A stretch of DNA of 64,000 bases, from the NCBI GenBank assembly GCA_043803945.1, contig JAZDJN010000101.1, positions 1 through 64,000 of the forward strand, in the 5' to 3' direction. The stretch is from a bacterium. GTDB taxonomy: Bacteria; Bacteroidota; Ignavibacteria; UBA10030. A program made the position numbers and the translations under genes. The notes below the pieces were generated by a model that had not been told where the DNA came from, did not search any database, and was given only the letters and a program-made list of their open reading frames with translations. Shown here in pieces: positions 49,888-61,800 of this stretch; position 1 is the stretch's first letter, and every line of letters starts with the position of its first letter.

Positions 49888-52800
49888 TTATTGCGTCTTT
49901 ACCTGGAGCATGAATGGTTGTGCATCTTCCTGCCGCTTCTCGCCGGTTTTCTGCTGCCGCTGAATTGTCATTCGACTGATGAGTGAACCTTTGGCTGCTA
50001 CTTCATCTGTCACTTCTACTTCAAAGAGCAGGACGGTCGTTTCTTCGCTGCCACACTGAATCGTCAACGTGTTGCCGACTGTCGTAACATCGGCTACACC
50101 CTTCAGTTTATAAATCGAATTCGGCACCAACTGCAATCCCTTTGCCAGCGAATCGACGACAACGGTCTGCTCAGCCATTGTGGCTGCGGAGCGATTCAAT
50201 TCGAGATGCATAAAGAGCCGCTGGCCTTTGCTCACCGTCATGGTGGAATCAAACTGATCACGTCCGGCCTTCGGTACCAATCGCCGGCTTGCCACACCGG
50301 TCGAATCGATGCCACCCTCGGCAAACACACCGTTGACAAAAATATTTCGGAGAATTCTCATCTCGACCCGACGATTGCTCTGACGGCCAACCGGTGTGGA
50401 GTTTGCTGCCACCGGCCGCTTCGAACCAAATCCCATAGGCTTGATCTTTTCTGGATTAATGCCGTAGGAGGAGCGGAGGTACTTTGCAACCGTATGGGCA
50501 CGGGCCATTGAAAGACTCATCGCTGCACTTTCGCCCTTCTCTCCAGCTTCTCGGGAATCTGTGTGGCCTTCAATAATCACCTGCGCTTTTCGATCCTGCG
50601 TGAGCATAATGCTCGCAATCTTTAATGCGGTAATATTCGTATCGATGATCGCTGACTGAGCTTCATTGAATAATATTCCGGAGAGCACATAGTTCGAATT
50701 TCTGCTTCGAATGCCGATCGCGGTTTCCGTGCGGGTTACAAGTGTATCGGTTATCGTCACAGCGTCGTTGCCTATCCAGTAGGTCACCTTCTGGGTTCTG
50801 GATTTCAATGTCACACGATCGCTCCTCGGTGTCACGACATTCAGTTTATACTCCAGGGTCTTCTTGAAGCTGCGTCCGATCCCTTCGATGCTCCATACTA
50901 CTGATTGATCCTGGACGGAAGCCTTGAGAGGAGTACCATTGAGTTTGCCGCTTCCCTCGACGAACTGATATCCCTTGTCCAACTGATCCTGAATCTCGAT
51001 CTTCGAGATCGATGCCGATCCTCGATAGGAAATTGGAAGTTGAATGGTAACAGAGAGCGTATCGAGGTTTTGCACTCGTTCCTGCTCCGTTTGAATATCG
51101 AATTCCACACGACGATTATTCGCACGTCCCTGCACAGTTGTGTTCGAAGCAATGGGCCGTGTCTCGCCGTAGCCGCGTGTCGTGATTTGCTCCGGAGTGC
51201 AGCCCAACACATTGACCAGATAATTCTTCGCAGCGTTCGCACGTCCATCCGAAAGCTCGAAGTTGTTCTTGAATTCCTTTGTGTTGATCGGCGACCAATC
51301 CGTATGCCCGGAGATGACGACACGCGTCCTGGCATTTTCCCTTAGCTGCTTGCCGAGTTGATTTAAGAGCGAGAATGCTGCTGGCTTCAGCACGGCTTTC
51401 CCGACTTCGAAATTCAATCCTGAGAGTGTCAGATCCGGCAGCCGTTCTTCCTGCGTGAAGACCAGGTTCTGTGGCTCGGCAATTCTTCTGATGGTTAACT
51501 CACCGGATGCCGCCACAGTCTTTCTCAAGAAGACCGGTTCCCACACAATTGTCGGTGTCAGGTCTTCGAGATAGAAATCGGCTCGGGCAATACCGCTGGC
51601 AGGCAGCTTCACAAACCGCGACGCCGGATCGCCGGCAAATTCATTGTAGCCGACAATCAGGTTCGAGAACTTTGGCAATGACGCTTTTCGCACCATAATC
51701 ACATGCTCACCCGGCTCGATATCCGGAATAGAGTACTTGCCATCATCGCCGGTAACGATCCGGATACCGCCCTCGGTAATAAGCTCCACTCCCTTGATAC
51801 CAACTTCGCCGAAATCCTGATGGGCATTCCGATTGCGGTCGAAGAACACCTTGCCGATGATGACGCCGCGCTCGGTAAAGAGCCCCCGTTGAATTTGGAC
51901 TTGTTCCACCGCCGAGGCGCTGGAGACAATCACCTTATTCAGAGCATTCGCAAATGCAGTTGCAGTATTGATACCATCGCTCTCAATACCACCGGCACCA
52001 ACCACAAGGCGATACATAAATTCTATTGTTTCATTTGGTGCAATTGAATCAGCGACCAGGAATCGTAATTCACGAGTGCCGGTCGGCTCCGGAAGTTTCA
52101 CAGTGCCGCGGTACGCTGAGTTTTCAACGTAACGGAACCCAAACGGAATACGATCGGCGACCTGAACATCCGTTAAGGTAAGGCCGGTCGTTCTGTTGGT
52201 GACTCTGATCTGATAGGTTACGATATCACCGACTTCAACCATTTTCTTCAGTGCGATCTTCACAATCTGGAGTTCCGGCACCAGGACTTTTGTATTCACG
52301 ATTGAAGTCATCGGGTACGCTTCATTCGATGTCACCACTGCTCTGTTGACAAGGGTCAGCAATCCTTTGAGTGAATCGGCAAACCGCACCGTGACAGATG
52401 CTGAGAACTTGTTCGCGGCACCGCCGACAGAGTCAAGTTTTCCAATACTCCAGACCACCCGATGATTTAAGGAATCGTAGCCGCCGCCATTCGTCGCAGA
52501 GATGAACCGCATACGGCGGTCGAGCGAGTCGACGACAATCGTATTCGTTGTCGCTATTCTTCCGATGTTTGTCAGCGACACGCTATAGGTGACAGTGTCT
52601 TTTGCATTTGCTTCCGCCGGTCCATTCTTCACGAACGCAACTTCTGGATTCAGAATGATCGGTATGTTCACATTGAGAACATAGTGACCGCTATCGGGTA
52701 ATGAGGTTCGAACAGTACCTTCAAGCAAGCCATCGTGGATACTGATTTCATATTTCCCTTGAGGCAAATCACCGAAGAGATACATCCCCAATGTATCGGT

Positions 52801-55800
52801 GATGGTCGAATCGAGCAGTGTCGAATATTCCAAAGCACTTGGAACTTTTGCCGGACGCTGATCAACGATTCGGTGCAAATAGACCTTGATATATTGACCG
52901 GCTACCGGTTGACCGGAGACAATGAAGTACACCTTTCCGGAAATGAACGATCGGTTCAACACCGGAGGATGTCCTCCTGTACCAGGCACCTCGACACGAA
53001 CGATTGATCTCACGGGAACGGGCACACCGAACCGATCAAGCACCGTGATCACTACTCGGTAATTATCCGTTTTGGGCACGGGAATCATATAATGGCCGTC
53101 TTGCAGCGTGATCTGACTACCAACGAACTGTCCTGTAGAAGTGAAGACCTCGACCAATGCACCTTCAACCGGTTGTTCAGTCTCATTATCCATGATCTCT
53201 CCTGCAATGGCGCCCGGATAGAAAACGATATCAATCGAGGAAGAGGCATTGCAAAGATCGGACTCTGACACAGAAACAACAGCTTTTGCCGTCACAATTG
53301 AATTACTCGAAATAAGTGCTCTCAAGGAATCGATTGCATAGCCGTTCTTCGTCGGCACAGCCATGGAATCGAGACCGTTGGAATAGAACCCGATATCAGT
53401 CTTGAAATGAACAATGCTGCCATCCGGTTTCGGATTGCCCAGCGTATCAGCAACAAATGCTTCAATACTCGCAGCCTGAATTCCATTACCGATCACCAGA
53501 AGCGGAGTGACACGCAGGTGGATGGCGCACGACTTGTCGACAACGATGGCTCTTGTCCATATGACGGCGCGACCCGTATCTGCCCTGGTGGTGTCGATAT
53601 AGCCGTACGCGATATTTGGAATCTGCTCATTGTGCGGACGATCTGATGGCACGGTTGCCACGACAAAAATTGTATCGCGCTGGAGAGAGAGCATCGAATC
53701 ACGGCGTGCTGCAATGATGTTGTTTGCGAGTGCTGCATTATTCGAAACACTTACCGGCACCAGCGGAGCTTTCAGCGTGTCGAGAATTGAAACATTATAA
53801 ATTGTATGATCGGATTTATTCTGGAAGATGATCCGGTAGTTTGCGTTCTCTCCGACCGTCACGACTTCTCGCTCTGCATACTTCCAGACTTCAAGATCAT
53901 CGCCGGATCCTGAGCCACCCGTCGGTTTGCGCGTAATGAAGATTGCCTGCGCGCGGCGCACTTCGCCTGGTAATTCTTTTGCCTGTGCAGTGACCGTATT
54001 CAGAATGCGGGTGTTCACCGGTGCATCCTGTTTCAGCCTGGCATCAATGAACACAGTATCCCGTTTTCCAACAGAGAGGGAATCGAGCTGATAGGTCACA
54101 ATGTTGTTCGCCAACGCAGCATTCTGTGAGACTGAAACTCCAAGAATCTCAGCAGCAAGCGTATCTACAAAACTGATATTCGTTAATTTGACTTCGCCAG
54201 TATTGTGCAGGACGATTGTGTACCGGAGCGTTCCGCCAAGTTCCACAGTGTCAAGCGAAACAGACTTGCTGATTGCCAATTGCGGTACCAACACAACACC
54301 GCCACCCTGCTTCTTCGTGACGAAGATAGCTGTTGATCGTTTTAATTCACTTCCGAGTTCCCTGGCACCGGCATACGCTGTATTGCTCACCTGTTGATTG
54401 GCGGCAACGGAGGAATCAACCTGAGCCTGAATAAACAATGTGTCGCGCTGACCAACCTTTAACGAATCGCGACGATAGGTGATGATATTATTGTCAACCT
54501 GCGCTCCGGGGAACACTGCGACCGATCTAAGCTTGCTTGAGAGGGTATCTACCAGCTCGACATTCTTCAGTGTAAGATCGCCCGTGTTCTCCAGTATGAT
54601 GGTGTAGAGTACTGTTCCGCCAAGTTCCACCGTGTCAAGCGAAACGGACTTGCTGATTGACAATTGCGGTACCAACACAACACCGCCACCCTGCTTCTTC
54701 GTGACAAAGACTGCCGTTGACCGTTTCCACTCGCCTCCGAGTTCCCGAGCTCCTGCAAATGCTGTATTGCTCACCTGTTGATTGGCGGTAACGGAGGAAT
54801 CAACCTGGGCCTGAATAAACAATGTGTCGCGCTGACCGACCCTTAACGAATCGCGCAGATAGGTGATGATATTGTTGTTAACCTGCGCTCCGGGGAATAC
54901 TGCGACCGATCTAAGCTTGCTTGACAAAGTATCGACCAGTGTGATATTCTTCAGTGTGAGATCGCCCGTGTTTTCCAGGATGATGGTATAGAGTACTGTT
55001 CCGCTAAGATCGACAGAATCCTTCGAGACGCTCTTGCGAAGCGCGATCTGCGGATGTGTCCCTGAGCCGGTCGATGTACCTCTGATATAGACGATCGCTT
55101 CAGCTTCGTACCATATATAGCCTGCTAATGAAGTGCCATTATCAGTCGAGGGTGCCACCAATTCATTTGCACTCGCCCACACGTCATTGATAATCGTCTG
55201 ATTTTCCTTCACTGTCGGGAGCACCCGTACCGGGATTTCAAATTGGAACGATTCACCGGGATTTAACAATTCTTTTGAATAGGTCACTATCTGTTCGCGC
55301 TGACCGGCAGTTCCAGCATCGGAAAGAAGATCGATATACTGACTTGGCAGCGTATCAAGTACACTTATTCCAGTGAGAGGAGCCCAGCCTTTGTTCGTCA
55401 ACCGGATTGTATAGAAGTAGAGCCCACCGATATCGACTGTATCCTGCGAGGCTTTCTTTGTCAGTTCAAGTTTGTACTGAACATTCTTGATCAAGAGTGA
55501 TGCCTGCGCAGACTGACCCTGGATCAATGAGGCACCGGCAGTTGCATTGTTCACAAGAGTGGTGTTTTCGGATGTCGTCACAACAGCGAGAATCAGGTAC
55601 GTTTCATCAGCACCAACTCTCACGGTATCTTTTATCCAGGAAATGTTTGCACCGGAGACTTGCGGATTACCAGTAGCGGAGAGGAACGCCAATCCGACCG
55701 GGAGAACGTCGCTTACACGCACTGTCGCCAATGGAAGCTCACCGGTGTTTTGTACTTTCAACGTATAGGTAACAGTATCACCTTTACGAGCTTCCACCGG

Positions 55801-58800
55801 CAGCACCTGCTTCCTGAAGGCCATTCCCCTCTTCGCACTCACGGTGATGGTTGTTGTTGCAGATTTCATGCCCGTCTCGTTCGGTTTTGCATACACGGTA
55901 TTGAGTATGAGCTGTCCATCGTTCAGGTCAGGTGACACACGTGCGATAATACTTATCGAGGATGTTGCACCGACTGCCAGGTTATCAATGACAAACTGTT
56001 GCAATTCACTTGCATCGGATGTTTTCTTGGAATTTGCAGAGAACGTTGATGCTCGTGAATTCAGCAGCATCGATGAGAGCGAATCAACCACAACAATATT
56101 CGTCAATGGGACATTGCCGGTATTGATGACATTGATCGAAAAGAATACTTCTTCGCCTGCCTTCGGATTCGAGGGGGTAGCGACTTTGGTGATCGTGAAT
56201 GATGGCTGTGCCGCAATGGTCCGGACGGCAGCGCTGGAGGAAACAGGTGTTACCTGCTGCGCTCCGGCGTAGGCGGTATTGCGAACTATCTGGCCTGATG
56301 CAACTGACAATGAGAGGTTCGCTGTCACAACGATTGTATCTTGTTTACCGGCCTGCAGCGAATCGAGTTGATACGTCACGACATTGCCATTCAACATCAC
56401 CTTCTGAGAAGCCTTTACTGATGTCAGGAGTGCGTTCAGCGTATCGGAAACGATCACTCCCTTTGCGGTGACGGTTCCGGTATTTGCCACGATGACGCGG
56501 AATGTCACCGTACCACCGCCGATGGTAGTATCCGGCGACACCGTTTTCTGAATTGAAAGTTTTGGCGTTGGCGGCGGAACCACAATCCGCGTCGCAACCT
56601 TCACGGTGTTACTAGGGATCATACCAGACAATCCTGAAGCACCGGCATAGGCAACGTTCGTGATCGTCTTACCGGAAGTATTCTCTGTCAGCACACGAAC
56701 TGTTACACTCACCGAATCGGACTGATTGATGCGCAGCGTATCTCTGGTATAGAGGATCAGATTGCCGGCAATCCGTGCATTATTGCTGACGAACACCGGA
56801 GCAATAAGCGCAGCGTTCAATGTATCCGCCAGAGAGATCTTGGTCAGCGGAATATTTCCGATATTCTCCACCCGTATCAGGTAGCTGTAGGTGTCGCTGG
56901 CATTTACCGTGTCTATCGATGCTTGTTTCGTCAAGCGCATCTGAGTAACCGGAACAAACGGCTTCACCTGGAGCGATACTTTCGATTGGATAGGCGAGGT
57001 GTCTGATGACGAACCATAGGCTGTGTTCTCAACCACCTCAGTATTCGTTATCGATAAGGAGACTGAAGCCTGAATCTTTAATGTATCGATCGAACCGATC
57101 GGCAGGTTTGAGATTGTATACTTTACAAGCGCTGCTGTTCCTGCCGGAGTGACGGTACCTTTTGCACTCGTAACAGTTGTGAATTTTGAAGAAACCGTAT
57201 CGACGATGACGACATTGCTCAGCGGGGCTGAACCGATATTTTGAATGGCAATCCTAAACTCAACGTTCTCACCACCGACGGCAGACGACTTCGACACGAG
57301 CTTCTTGATCGATAAAAGCGGTTTCGGTGGAGGTGGTGTCGTACCGACAGTAATTTGGGCTGATGCCGTCTGTGTAAGACCGGTATTGTCTTTCGCACTT
57401 GCCATGTTTGTAATCGAAGTTTCTGATGGTGTACCTGCCTGAATCCTTGCACTCACTTGTAGTGTTGTCGTTGCTCCGACGCCGAGTGAGGAGACTGTCC
57501 ATGTTGCCTTGTTTCCAGAGACCACCGCTCCCACCGCATTTTGCAGGATGAGCTGAGCCGGCAGCGAATCGACGACAGTCAGTTGACTCAGGTTGGCCGT
57601 TCCATTGTTTCGAAGAATCAGATTGTACGTTACATCGTCGCCCGGCAACACGGTCGAAGACGATGCGACCTTATTCAAAGTGAAGGAGCGGAATGGCAGT
57701 GTGATTGTAACGATGCTCGCCGACGAACTCACAGTGGTGTTATTGACATTCTTCACACTGACCGTATTCGTTATCGATGTTCCCGGTGTAACGGTCGAAA
57801 GAATCGAAGCTTTCAGTGTCAATGTCTGCACTGCTCCGACGGCCATGCTTCCAAGATTCCACGTCGCCGTGTTTCCGGAGATTGTCGAACCGGAAGCACT
57901 CACAAGCTGCATTCCGGATGGCACTGCATCGGTTACCACAACCTGGATGACCGGAACTGAACCGGTATTTCTCACAACGATTGAATAGGTAATCGTATCA
58001 CCGGCAACTGGATTGGTGACTGAAGAGGTCTTGCTTACGGCAAAGACCGGCGAGGGCGGAGTCTGTGTGATAACGGTTGCCGACGAAGAAACCGATGTGT
58101 TGTTGACATCCGTCGCTGTTGCTGTATTTGTAATGGAAGTACCACCTGCGACTGTCGAGAGCACGGATGCCCGCAAGGTAAGTGTTGAACCAACTCCGAT
58201 GGCAAGTGTACCAACATTCCATGTCACTGTAGAACCGGCAATCGTTGCACCGGAAGCCGCTATGAGTTGCAGTTGCGCCGGCACCACATCAACGATTGTC
58301 AATTGATTCACAGCCAGCGTACCGGTGTTCTTTGCTGTGATCGTATAGGTCAGTGTATCACCAGGCAATGGATTACTGATGGATGCCGTCTTGCTCAACG
58401 TGAAGGCGGTGCTTCCCGGAGTGATCGTAATGATCGAAGCAGAAGCGCTCACGGTTGTGCCGGCAGCATCGGTTGCATTGGCGGTATTCTGGATCGTGGT
58501 GTTGCCGGCAACGCTCGTAAGCACCTTTGCATTGAGCTGCAGCGAAATTGTCGTGCCCACGGCAACAGTACCGAGATTCCATGTCGCTGTGTTACCTGCA
58601 ATCGTTGCACCGGCTGCTGAGACTAATTGCAGTTGAGCAGGCAATGCATCGACCACGTTCAATTGAATGATAGCTACTGATCCGGTGTTCTTCACTGTAA
58701 TCGAATACAGCACGGTGTCGCCGGGCAGCGGATTGTTCACCGAAGCGGTCTTGTTGATCGTAAACACGGGTGACGGCGGTGTCTGTGTCGTCACACTTGC

Positions 58801-61800
58801 TGAGGAGGAGACTGAAATATTATTGACATCACTCGCTGTTGCAGTATTGGTGATCGTCTTTCCGCCGGCTACAGAAGAAATTACTGTCGCTTGCACGGTC
58901 TGCGTTGTTGTTGCTCCCACAGCCAGCGTGCCCAGATTCCACGTTGCCGTATTGCCGGAGATTGTCGCACCGGTGGCACTGGTAAGTTGCAGCTCGGCGG
59001 GCAACGCATCGACGAGCGTGAGCTGATTGACAGAAACCGAGCCGGTATTTTTTATCGTAATAGTGTAAGTCAACGCATCACCGGGCAGCGGATTATTCAC
59101 TGAGGCCGTCTTGCTGATGGTAAAGACTGGTGATGGCGGTGTCTGCGTAATGGCACTGGCAGAGGATGAGACCGTTGTGTTGTTGACATCGGTTGCCGTT
59201 GCCGTGTTCAGAATGGTTGTGCCGCCTGCGATCGAAGCGAGCACGGTTGCCTGGATGCTCAATGTTGATGTTGCCCCGACAGCGAGTGTACCGAGATTCC
59301 ATGTGGCAATACTGCCGGAGATTGTCGCACCAGCAGCAGTCTGGAGCTGCATCGTTGCAGGAATTGTATCGACCACTGTCAGTTGATTGACCGGGACCGA
59401 GCCGGTGTTCTTCACAACGATCGTGTAGACCACTGCATCACCCGGCATTGGATTATTCACAGAGACTGTCTTGCTTACCGTAAAGACCGGTGCGGGCGGC
59501 GTCTGTGTTGTCACATCTGCAGAAGAAGAGACCGTTGTGTTGTTGATATCTGTCGCTGTTGCCGTATTCGTGATGGTAATTCCACCTGCGACCGAGGAAA
59601 GTACTTTTGCCTCGATGGTCAATGTCGATGTTGCGCCAACTGCCAGAGTACCGAGGTTCCACGTTGCCGTAGTACCGGATACTGTTGCTCCTGCTGCGCT
59701 GATCATTTGCAAACCGCTCGGCAGTGCATCAACAATCGTAAGCTGATTGACCGGAACGGAGCCGGTATTCTTCGTTACAATTGTATAGACGATTGTATCG
59801 CCGAGCATCGGATTGCTTACAGAGACAGTCTTACTCACCGTAAAGACCGGTAAGGGTGGTGTCTGGGTCGTCAGGCTCGCAGAAGAAGAGACGGAAACAT
59901 TATTGACATCCGTCGCTGTGGCAGTGTTTGTGATCGTTGTTCCACCCGCAACGGAAGAGAGAACTGCCGCTTGAATTGCGAATGACCTGGAAGCTCCTAC
60001 GGCGAGAGTATCGATATTCCATGCAGCTTTATTGCCGGCAATTGTCGCACCCGAAGCGCTTACCAGTTGAAGTTCTACAGGCAACAGATCGATAACGGCA
60101 ACTTGAATAACCGGATTCGTACCTGTGTTTCGGACAACGATGGCGTAGGTCACTGTATCGCCGGGCAATGGATTGTTGATGGAGACCGTCTTACTGACCG
60201 TAAAGGTTGTCGTTCCTGCAGTAACCGTTGTAATATCGACTGAAGCATTAAGCGATGTGTTATTGACATCAGTCGCTGATGCGGTGTTCGTTATGGTTGT
60301 ACCGCCAGCCACCGATGAAAGAACGGTTGCCTGAACGGTTACGGTCGATGTGGCGCCAACTGCTAACGTGCCAATGTTCCATGTTGCAGTATTACCGGAA
60401 ACCGTTGCACCGAAAGCACTCGTGAGCGATAACTGAGCTGGCAGGCTATCGACGACCGTTAATTGATTCACTGCCACCGAGCCGGTGTTCTTCACCGTAA
60501 TCGTATAGGCGATAGCATCGCCGGGGAGCGGGTTGTTGACAGATGCTGTTTTGCTGATTGTAAAGAGCGGTGATGCCGGTGTTGCAGTGGAGATACTCGT
60601 CGAGGATGAAACAGAAATATTATTGTCATCGGTAGCTGTGGCCGTATTGGTGATTATCGTGCCACCGGCAACAGAAGTGAGCACTGAAGCCTGTATTGTG
60701 AGAGTTGATGTTGCACCAACCGCCAATGTACCAAGATTCCACGTTGCTGTATTGCCGGTAATCGTTGCGCCCGCGGCGCTCGTGAGTGAAAACTGAGCTG
60801 GCACTACATCGACAACCGTCAATTGATTGACTGCGACCGTGCCGGTATTCTTCACCGTAATGGTGAACGTTACAGCATCGCCGGGCAGCGGATTATTGAC
60901 GGAAGCAGTTTTACTGATTGTAAAGACCGGTGTCGGTGGTGCGCTGACCGTTACCGCTGCAGAGGAAGAGATGTTTAAGTTCGTGCTATCTTTTCCCGTT
61001 GCCGTGTTCGTAATTGTTGTTCCTGCTGCAACCGAGGATAAGACTGTTGCCTGTACGGAAAGCGTCGTTGTTGCACCAACCGCCAATGTGCCAACATTCC
61101 ATGTTGCCGTATTTCCGCTGATGGTTGCGCCTGCAGCGCTGGTTAACTGCAACTGTGCCGGCAACGGATCTGAGACAACGAGCTGAGTAACTTCAATCGG
61201 GCCGGTGTTTTTTACTGCGATTGTATAGGTTAACGCATCACCCGGCATCGGATTATTGACGGATGCCGTCTTGCTCACCGAGAATACTGGTACTAATGGT
61301 GTTAGCGCCGAGAAGGTCGCCAACGCTGAATACGTTGTTCCAGCATTATCTGTCACCTGCACTGAATTTGATACGATAGTACCAACAGCAATTCCACCCT
61401 TCATCCGGGCAGTGAGTGAGTAGGTACTTGTTGCATTCTGAGCAAGCGATGCTACCGACCAGGTTACCGTATTGCCGGAAATTGTTGCACCCGGAGCGCT
61501 CACTACAACCAGTTCGACTGGCACGGTATCAACGACCGGTACATTACTCTCGACACCATTACCGCCATTCTTCACGGTGATCGTGTATGTGATGAAGTCA
61601 TTCGTTGTTGCGGTGCTCATCGATGACTGTTTCTGCACCGAAAGATTATGGACAGTGGCAACGAAGACGGACGCAATATTGCTCTGCGCGGTTAAATTTA
61701 CACCGCTTATAGTTGAGTACTGGACAGTACAGATGTTATCGATCTGCGTACCAGCGGCCGTTTGTGAAAAGACAACATTACTGCTCACCATGCACAGAAG

